A stretch of DNA of 64,000 bases from a virus, in IMG/VR virus record IMGVR_UViG_3300031227_000023, positions 25,916 through 89,915 of that record; one strand, written 5' to 3'. The notes under the pieces are model-generated. The model searched no databases. It saw nothing but the letters and a program-made list of their open reading frames with translations, and had not been told where the DNA came from. The translations under genes and the position numbers were made by a program. Below are positions 57,805-64,000 of this stretch, piece by piece. Numbering within the stretch: the first letter of the stretch is position 1; every line of letters starts with the position of its first letter.

Positions 57805-58590
57805 TCAAAAATAGTAAGAAAAAACACTCGCCTTATTCACCCTGACCACATAGCCAGAGCCGACATCCGGCTCACTCCATCGATGACTTCCATCCGGCTT
57901 CGGAGCCATCCGCTTCACGTCGTCGTCGCAGCACCAGACCTCGCAGTGGTCCTTGAAATCCCTACAGACATGCCCCTCGATCAGGCAGGTTTCTCCGCCA
58001 GCCTTGATCAACCGGGCATCAATGCCAACCCCGTGCCTGCACACGCCCTTGTCTGCCTGCACGTGCATGGGCAACCCTTCTTCCTTTTTCGTGACCAACC
58101 CACCCCGCCTGTCACACCCATCACAAGCCGCATCATAACGGATTCCATGCCTGCAACAATCATCAGCCGGGGATTGCAACACCATGCTTGGTTCCGTTGT
58201 CCACTTGTGATCACGCCCATGCGCATCAGATGCCTGCCCGATCTTCAGCCAATACCACGTATCAGGCTGCGCCCCATCACGCATCCAATCAAGGAACCAA
58301 CCACCCAACAATTCACCGGTTTCAGGGTCAGGACGAATGAAAGACACACCCCCCTGCGTTGGTCCCATCAGGCAAATACTCAACGCCTTCCCTGACCCAT
58401 GACCGCATTCATCCAACGCCCGATCAACAACAATAACCTTCAGGCTTGTTCCCAACAATTCACCCGCTGCATTCCGTGGCAAATCGAGCATAGAAAAGTT
58501 CACCAAATACAGATCACGGCTGCCATCAGGCTTCTGATCAAACTGATACAACGCCCCAACTTCCCCATGCCTTAATGAAAAAATTCCCAT
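57805..58590 (-). CDS. Hypothetical Cys-rich protein (probably chimeric)
   Basis: AAGGAG RBS inside repeat copy 2; two CRHG units; composition switches near 58000. Confidence 0.55.
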   Translation of the reverse strand: MGIFSLRHGEVGALYQFDQKPDGSRDLYLVNFSMLDLPRNAAGELLGTSLKVIVVDRALDECGHGSGKALSICLMGPTQGGVSFIRPDPETGELLGGWFLDWMRDGAQPDTWYWLKIGQASDAHGRDHKWTTEPSMVLQSPADDCCRHGIRYDAACDGCDRRGGLVTKKEEGLPMHVQADKGVCRHGVGIDARLIKAGGETCLIEGHVCRDFKDHCEVWCCDDDVKRMAPKPDGSHRWSEPDVGSGYVVRVNKASVFSYYF

Positions 58591-58727
58591 CTTGCTTGCT
58601 CCTTTTGATTAGTACCCTTTTCGATGATAGCGAAACAACGTGCTTCTAATTCGCATCGTGTTCCCCACGCGCACATCAACCAACTTCGCCCGGCTTTGCG
58701 CCCTCCACACCCTTGCCCGTTCCCGCT
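58560..58727. repeat. Direct repeat copy 2 flanking the Cas island
   Basis: 45 bp exact match to 50953-50997 plus diverged continuation. Confidence 0.9.
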
Positions 58728-58893
58728 GATTCAACACCTGCCACAACACTTGCGGCTTCATTGCAATCGCAATTTCCCACAGCCGATCAACGGATGGTAA
58801 ATATGCAACCACCACATCTGCCATTGCAGCAAGGAATGCGTCTTGACTCGCATGCACATCCGTCCTGTGCCTTTCATGGTCACTACGGTTCAT
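58609..58893 (-). CDS. Hypothetical protein (paralog of 51002..51280)
   Basis: Likely start MNRSDH (ATGA overlap). Confidence 0.6.
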   Translation of the reverse strand: MNRSDHERHRTDVHASQDAFLAAMADVVVAYLPSVDRLWEIAIAMKPQVLWQVLNQRERARVWRAQSRAKLVDVRVGNTMRIRSTLFRYHRKGY

Positions 58894-59552
58894 GACTTCC
58901 CCCCCCCAAACCATTGCTTCCAACAATCGGTGCAGTCATCAACCACACCAGGGCATTCATCATAATCGAACGGGCACACACCCCTTGCCACGTGCCGCAG
59001 GAACGCTTCAAGATTATCCCGTGGCACCCGAACCATCACACTCCGATCATGCGGCTTGGTTGAAAAAACAGGATCATCTTTGGCAGGAACGTCTGAACAT
59101 TGGGCACCACCTTCAATGTCTTCAATCAGGGCACTACATATCTTTATAACACCACCACACCAACACCTGTTTTCAACGGTGTTCGCTCTGCTTAAAAAAA
59201 TGGTTGCCCTTTCCAACTCTGCTTTTAATTTCGCAATGATTCCCTGTGACGCGTCCACCACACCTTGCTCATAAGTCTGCACCGGAACAGCAGGAACGTC
59301 TTCCGGTTGGGTGTCACTTGGGAACGGGTCAGGGATCGGATACCAACGCAGGATGCAATCAACATTGATTCCACCACAACTGCCAAACCCGTACACGTAC
59401 CCTTCCCCCAGATCCACCCGACCAATATCAATCTTCGGATGTTCCGGGTCAATCTCATTCAGCGCCCTGCAACCCAAATCATACTGAAACATAACACAAG
59501 CACTATCATCAGGCATGGCTTCCTGCGCATTGATCCAACGTGGCCTTGTCAT
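58890..59552 (-). CDS. DUF551-like hypothetical protein
   Basis: WINAQEAMPDD...ILRWYPIPDP. Confidence 0.55.
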   Translation of the reverse strand: MTRPRWINAQEAMPDDSACVMFQYDLGCRALNEIDPEHPKIDIGRVDLGEGYVYGFGSCGGINVDCILRWYPIPDPFPSDTQPEDVPAVPVQTYEQGVVDASQGIIAKLKAELERATIFLSRANTVENRCWCGGVIKICSALIEDIEGGAQCSDVPAKDDPVFSTKPHDRSVMVRVPRDNLEAFLRHVARGVCPFDYDECPGVVDDCTDCWKQWFGGGKS

Positions 59553-59794
59553 GGCTTCACCAACCTTGCCAGTTCTTCACAGTCTGCCAAGACCGGAAGC
59601 ACCCGGTGCTTCAAAGCAGCACCAACCGCCATGATTAAATATTCATCAGTGATCCCTTCGCAATCACACACGTGTTTACTGATCCAATTGCGCCTTCCTT
59701 CAGTTCTGGAAGAAACCAAATCAAGCGCATCCCGAATCGGCATTACCCGCAACCCATCAATCACATCTTGAAACTTGTTAGCCATCTGATTCAC
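59549..59794 (-). CDS. Hypothetical protein
   Basis: 81-aa coupled ORF. Confidence 0.5.
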   Translation of the reverse strand: MNQMANKFQDVIDGLRVMPIRDALDLVSSRTEGRRNWISKHVCDCEGITDEYLIMAVGAALKHRVLPVLADCEELARLVKP

Positions 59795-60291
59795 CCCGCT
59801 TTCACTTTTTTTGCATTGGTCCTTTTCGTACCCCTTGGGCCACTAAACTTTTTCATCCACTCCAACGATGCAACCCGCTGCTTCAGCTTTTCAGGATCAT
59901 CCCGCAGTTCTTCAACACCCGCCTTCCTTAATCCATAAATCAATTGAAAGCACCGGTCTGAACAAGTCTTAGCACGCTTGCCCATTTCATCAGTGAACTT
60001 CCCCCCACACAGCACACATTCACGCACAGCCAACCGCCCACGCCCCCACGTGCCGTCAGCATGGTGCAACTTCGCATGGCACGCACGGCACATCGTCTTC
60101 AGATTTCCTTCACTGTTGTTTCTTATGTTTCCATCCATGTGGTGAACATCAAACGCAGGCTTGCCGCCAACATGCCCCTTGCCACACGCTTCACAATAAT
60201 CCTTCCTGAATTCCCCATACACATATTCGCCCGGCCTGCTCATTGGTTGGAACCCTCCCACATGATCTGTGATGCAATCCGGTAATGCCAT
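59791..60291 (-). CDS. HNH endonuclease with extra zinc ribbon
   Basis: CEAC..VHHMDGNIRNNSEGNLKTMCRACHAKLH; CVLCGGKF..TCSDRC. Confidence 0.85.
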   Translation of the reverse strand: MALPDCITDHVGGFQPMSRPGEYVYGEFRKDYCEACGKGHVGGKPAFDVHHMDGNIRNNSEGNLKTMCRACHAKLHHADGTWGRGRLAVRECVLCGGKFTDEMGKRAKTCSDRCFQLIYGLRKAGVEELRDDPEKLKQRVASLEWMKKFSGPRGTKRTNAKKVKAG

Positions 60292-60653
60292 GGTTCCAAG
60301 TCACATGCCCGGCCCAAATAATTCAGGAATCCCCCAAGGGAACGCACCGTTGACAACTCAGGATCATAGACACGTTCACCATCAAACGCCACGGTGTGCC
60401 CGCCCCACCCCGGCTTGCCACGCAGCCGCAGCAGACTTGCAACCGGCAATGGGTAATAGTTCCACAGCCGCTTCCACCGAACATTCCTGAACCCCAACTG
60501 CCCAAGCACTTCAATCTGCTTCCTGTTCGTGGTCCCACCCCTTGTGCCAAACATCTGTATTATATCGGCCACCGGCTTGCCGGATACGATAGCAACAGAC
60601 GCCTGCCCACAACTGCGCCGGTATGGCTGTTTGATTAGTTCCACATCATTCAC
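60240..60653 (-). CDS. Peptidase C39-like protein
   Basis: KQP..SCGQASVAI (Q..C), HTVAFDG..YDP (H, D). Confidence 0.75.
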   Translation of the reverse strand: MNDVELIKQPYRRSCGQASVAIVSGKPVADIIQMFGTRGGTTNRKQIEVLGQLGFRNVRWKRLWNYYPLPVASLLRLRGKPGWGGHTVAFDGERVYDPELSTVRSLGGFLNYLGRACDLEPWHYRIASQIMWEGSNQ

Positions 60654-60656
60654 CTT

Positions 60657-61178
60657 TCAGCCAATCCACATCTGCTTGAACACAATGCCATACCCTAACT
60701 GCTTCCGAATCAAGCACTGCAAATTGCGGATCTTCAGCCAATTTTCTGACAGATTCCATGACACCTGCAACACATCAACTTCTTCAAACCTGTCTTCAAG
60801 GCAAAAGTTCAGTGCTGCGGTTGTATAAGAAATGGCATCCACAACGAACGGCAACCCGGCCAACTCTTCTGCCCATTCCTTTGCCGTGAAATAATTACCA
60901 CCATCCACTTCCCCACCCCTGATCACTGCTGTTTCTTCAACAATAATCCTTGCATGAAAAACGTCACCATCGCCAAGTACACGCACACGGTGCTTGTACA
61001 ACCCACCGTCAACAGGGAAGGCTGCTTGAAGCACAAGATTGTTGCGCATCCACTGCGACACCACTGCCTTGATTTCATTCCGTACAAGTTCACCCACCGG
61101 CCTGCCAACGAACCGGTCAGCAAGCAGTGATCCAAGCTGAACCAGCAGCCCTTCTTCCATGTCATCCAATTCATCCAT
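60657..61178 (-). CDS. Hypothetical protein
   Basis: Likely start MDELDD (TGATG overlap). Confidence 0.55.
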   Translation of the reverse strand: MDELDDMEEGLLVQLGSLLADRFVGRPVGELVRNEIKAVVSQWMRNNLVLQAAFPVDGGLYKHRVRVLGDGDVFHARIIVEETAVIRGGEVDGGNYFTAKEWAEELAGLPFVVDAISYTTAALNFCLEDRFEEVDVLQVSWNLSENWLKIRNLQCLIRKQLGYGIVFKQMWIG

Positions 61179-62296
61179 CACACCACCCCCTGCACCGGGC
61201 ACGCTGCACAATTGCTGAACCCTCTTGCTTCCGGTCCATCGCAGTCTTCACATTCCGGCATCAACCCACGGTCATCATCATTCACGTGGCAGGAATCCCA
61301 ATCGCCATCACACCCACACGGGCAACCCATGTTTTCACACCACCCCCCTTTGCCATCATCCAAAAACCACGAACAGGAAACGCCAAGGCCATCAAAGCCG
61401 CCATCATCCACAAGCTGCACCGTACCTTCTTCCAACGGCACAGGGTCAGACTCAGACCACCACCGACAATCACCAGCAACACACAGCCCATCACCGCCTT
61501 CACTAAACCGCAACGAATCGCACTTTCCACACCACTCTCGCCGCCCATGATCAACCGATGTATACACAGAACGGCCACCAACACAGTATTCAGACCGGCA
61601 CACATACATGCTTTTTCTGTCATCCCACTTGAACTTGCGGCACACCTTGCACGCCGGTGGCCCGTCCACCTTATCCAACGGCACCGCTTCACCCGTCACC
61701 TTTGCCCACAACCTGCCAACCTTCCCCGGCAAACCCGACACCCACCCGATTGCACGCAGCAACACGAACCGCACCCAACGGGCTGCACGATAGTGCCAGC
61801 CGCGTGGCGTTTGCTTTTTATAATCCCACCACCCGCGCACCCATCGGGCCACAACGTTTTGATCGGCAATGATTCCGTGCCCAACAGGGAAGAATGCATG
61901 CATTCCCTTCACATTCCCCGCACCACACCGCTGGCAAATCCGCGCCGGATACATTAAATAATTATCTTCAGCCACACCGAATATCTGCGGCTGAACCCAC
62001 ATATACTGCCACTCATGCCGGGTGTAAAAACAGGCCATCTTGTTCAACACCCGTGCCCGCATGCGCATCCATCGTGTTTCAACAATCGCCACGGACTGTT
62101 CCGGGTGTCGCACCGCATCAACAGTTCTTAATGGTTCCCATTCTTCAGGATCTTGCCCATGATACCCACACCGGCTGCACCGATCACCAATCTTTGTAAT
62201 GAATTCACCATCCGCAGCGATGAACCACACCGCACGCGGATCATGCCCGAACACCGCGCACACGAACATGCACCACCACCGTTTAATCTTGCTCAT
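61178..62296 (-). CDS. Cys/Trp-rich multi-zinc-motif hypothetical protein
   Basis: Repeated C..FGH..CSRCG / CFYTRHEW..CQRCG units and further Cys clusters. Confidence 0.55.
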   Translation of the reverse strand: MSKIKRWWCMFVCAVFGHDPRAVWFIAADGEFITKIGDRCSRCGYHGQDPEEWEPLRTVDAVRHPEQSVAIVETRWMRMRARVLNKMACFYTRHEWQYMWVQPQIFGVAEDNYLMYPARICQRCGAGNVKGMHAFFPVGHGIIADQNVVARWVRGWWDYKKQTPRGWHYRAARWVRFVLLRAIGWVSGLPGKVGRLWAKVTGEAVPLDKVDGPPACKVCRKFKWDDRKSMYVCRSEYCVGGRSVYTSVDHGRREWCGKCDSLRFSEGGDGLCVAGDCRWWSESDPVPLEEGTVQLVDDGGFDGLGVSCSWFLDDGKGGWCENMGCPCGCDGDWDSCHVNDDDRGLMPECEDCDGPEARGFSNCAACPVQGVV

Positions 62297-62910
62297 TTCT
62301 TGCCCCGTTTCTTCAGCAGTCCTGTTGGTTCCAACGCCCCCGCTGCAATCACAGACCCGTCACGTGCTTCCACGTCAACCGGCACGGCTGCGCTTTCAAA
62401 TATATGTTGCAGTGCTTCAACCCCTGCACCCAAAATCCCTGTCAGATATTCTTCCCACGTGATCTGCCCCGTGGCCAAGCCCACCATCACCGGATCTTGT
62501 GCAACGTCTTCCGGTGAATCTTCCCACGGGGTGCCATCCAAGGAATTGCGTTCCTGCCACCGTGTGAATTCAAGCCGCACAGCCTTCAACAATTCCCTGT
62601 ATCCACGGTTGACACCGGCAACACCGGCACCATGCTCATACGTTTCAAGGGCAGCATGCGCCAACACATCATTGGCACCCAACACGAACCATGGCCAGTC
62701 AGGCACGGTGCCATCCATTCGAGTAACCAAATACTTGCCCAATTTTTTCTGCGGCCCGTGTGCTGCTGATTTTTCAGACTCCCACTTGTGCCGCACGCCT
62801 GCCTTCAACGCAGCCTGCACCGGAACGCGCAGGTTGGTTGGTACATCTGCCAACAATTCCTGCAACGCTTCCACATCCCGTTCATCAATGTACACTCTGA
62901 TTTTTGTCAT
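62293..62910 (-). CDS. Hypothetical protein
   Basis: Likely start MTKIRV at 62910; KYLVTRMDG..WFVLGAND..A..AL..Y motif. Confidence 0.6.
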   Translation of the reverse strand: MTKIRVYIDERDVEALQELLADVPTNLRVPVQAALKAGVRHKWESEKSAAHGPQKKLGKYLVTRMDGTVPDWPWFVLGANDVLAHAALETYEHGAGVAGVNRGYRELLKAVRLEFTRWQERNSLDGTPWEDSPEDVAQDPVMVGLATGQITWEEYLTGILGAGVEALQHIFESAAVPVDVEARDGSVIAAGALEPTGLLKKRGKK

Positions 62911-62942
62911 GTTCACCCCTTCACGCTTGCTGCTTGCAACTG

Positions 62943-63090
62943 AAAAAAACGATGCCCCGCAACACAACATCCTGCCTGTGAAGGCTGAACGGTGCCACGG
63001 GGCATACGGGGTGCGGGTACTCCCACCAATGGGGTGGATCGGTGGGGCAGCAGTTGGTTTTTACGCGGGCAGCGCAAGGCAACCAACCTT
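62943..63090 (-). ncRNA. Candidate structured RNA/attenuator ending in a terminator-like hairpin + U7
   Basis: Inverted repeats gttggtt/aaccaac, cccacc/ggtggg, atgccccg/cggggcat, then TTTTTTT on the minus strand. Confidence 0.4.
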
Positions 63091-63148
63091 CTTTCAAGCA
63101 AGCACAGTGTAAACCCCAACCGCTGCACAGTCAACCTTTCCATCCCCA

Positions 63149-63691
63149 TTATTCATCACCCGCACTTAGCTGCACAGCCCTTTTGAAAGCCTGCACACAG
63201 CCCACAATTTTGGATACCCACAATTGTATTTCTTCACCAATCAAGAATGCTTCATGCTCTGTCTTCAGCCCGTCGCACGCATCCACGCACCGGGCCAAAC
63301 TGCCCTGCATGCCAACAAGTTCTGCCCGCAGTGATTCGTGGTGTGCAGCCACATCAACCGGGTGCCGCATCACGTTCCGCACACCATCACCCTGCACCTG
63401 CTCCGTGTCCACCACCTGCACCACCACGTCTTCCTGATCCTGCCCTTGATTGGCCATCAGGGCCAGCCCGCCTTGCTCCGTGACTCCCCACACCCGGACA
63501 TCATGCACGCTGTTCGCCACGATAAGCCACCCAACCATCACGCACCGGGCCAACGCTGATTCAACCTGATCCCACGACACCCCAACCCCAACTTGCTGGA
63601 AGTTGTCTTGCAACGCGGATTCCCCAACACTGCCGCTTTCATGCGCAACACCACAGAACCATTCCAAAACTTTTATATTTGTCAGATCCAT
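63149..63691 (-). CDS. Hypothetical protein (possible winged-helix N-terminus + coiled coil)
   Basis: Likely start MDLTNIK after AGGTGG; VESALARCVMVGWL..WGVTEQG pattern. Confidence 0.5.
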   Translation of the reverse strand: MDLTNIKVLEWFCGVAHESGSVGESALQDNFQQVGVGVSWDQVESALARCVMVGWLIVANSVHDVRVWGVTEQGGLALMANQGQDQEDVVVQVVDTEQVQGDGVRNVMRHPVDVAAHHESLRAELVGMQGSLARCVDACDGLKTEHEAFLIGEEIQLWVSKIVGCVQAFKRAVQLSAGDE

Positions 63692-64000
63692 TTTCCACCT
63701 GTGATTTTCGACACAACCCAAACCGCTGCCCGCAGAACAACCAAGCACACACCGAACAGCACCTTGTTCCGCCATCCACGCAATATGTACATTGCTCGAT
63801 CCCACGCAGCAGGCCACACACAGAACGATTAAAACAACAACACACAACACACATCACACACATTTCAAATTAAAATGGCTTAAATCGTAAAATTCTAATT
63901 GCACGGGCTTCTGATTTTTTGACGCATCGGGGGTTATCTAATCTTTCCATTGTTCACTTCAAGCCGCCAAGCCCGCAACAAGAATAAACCATCCAAGGGG

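Larger units (their letters stand above)
1..64000 (-). mobile_element. Contractile-tailed (myovirus-like) phage/prophage genome segment
   Basis: Colinear terminase, portal, MuF, protease, capsid, neck, sheath, tube, tape measure and baseplate genes, all on the minus strand with frequent ATGA/TGATG overlaps; no host housekeeping genes. Confidence 0.97.

Noticed and set aside
51000-58800. CRISPR array or mini-array near the csf genes
   Set aside because: No repeat-spacer periodicity seen; genes are overlapping and the only repeats are the two flanking copies 7.6 kb apart
230-63112. Many long plus-strand ORFs (e.g. 230..1216, 1044..2042, 14080..15045, 30727..32133, 62153..63112)
   Set aside because: They are antisense shadows of minus-strand genes with clear motifs; they show no recognisable domains and are explained by codon bias
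1-64000. Stop-codon reassignment suggested by rare TAG
   Set aside because: Genes are intact under code 11 and several end in TAG (e.g. 10106, 29108, 36933)
1-64000. tRNA or rRNA genes
   Set aside because: No cloverleaf or T-loop signatures found in the few intergenic gaps by eye; tRNAscan-SE would be decisive

Overview
This is a 64-kb segment of a large contractile-tailed (myovirus-type) dsDNA phage or prophage. Essentially all genes lie on the minus strand, and transcription runs from the right end to the left. In order it carries: small early/middle ORFs (C39-like peptidase, HNH, Cys-rich ORFs); a ~7-kb compositionally foreign island between direct repeats; ASCH; terminase small and large subunits; a ~6.4-kb run of small genes; portal; MuF; XkdF-like protease and scaffolds; major capsid protein; a 1299-aa four-module glycosyltransferase with two ParB-like/SAM-methyltransferase fusions; neck; sheath; tube; a tail chaperone with a -1 frameshift signal; tape measure; baseplate; and distal tail proteins. 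Four observations stand out. (1) The intein in MuF has a dual-coding centre. A Zn-ribbon/DUF559(Vsr-like) endonuclease is encoded in the +1 frame with its own AAGGAG-N6-TTG start, while the intein frame stays open across it. (2) The island holds an array-less type IV-B-like CRISPR effector operon (Cas11-Csf2 fusion, Csf1, Csf3, CysH-like) with a DNA methyltransferase, an unknown gene and an IbrA/IbrB pair nested inside it. (3) A probable virion glycosylation/methylation cassette follows the capsid genes. (4) MuF ends in an HExxH domain followed by a candidate immunity gene. No CRISPR array, tRNA, rRNA, integrase or clear lysis genes were seen. All family calls come from motif recognition by eye, not database searches.
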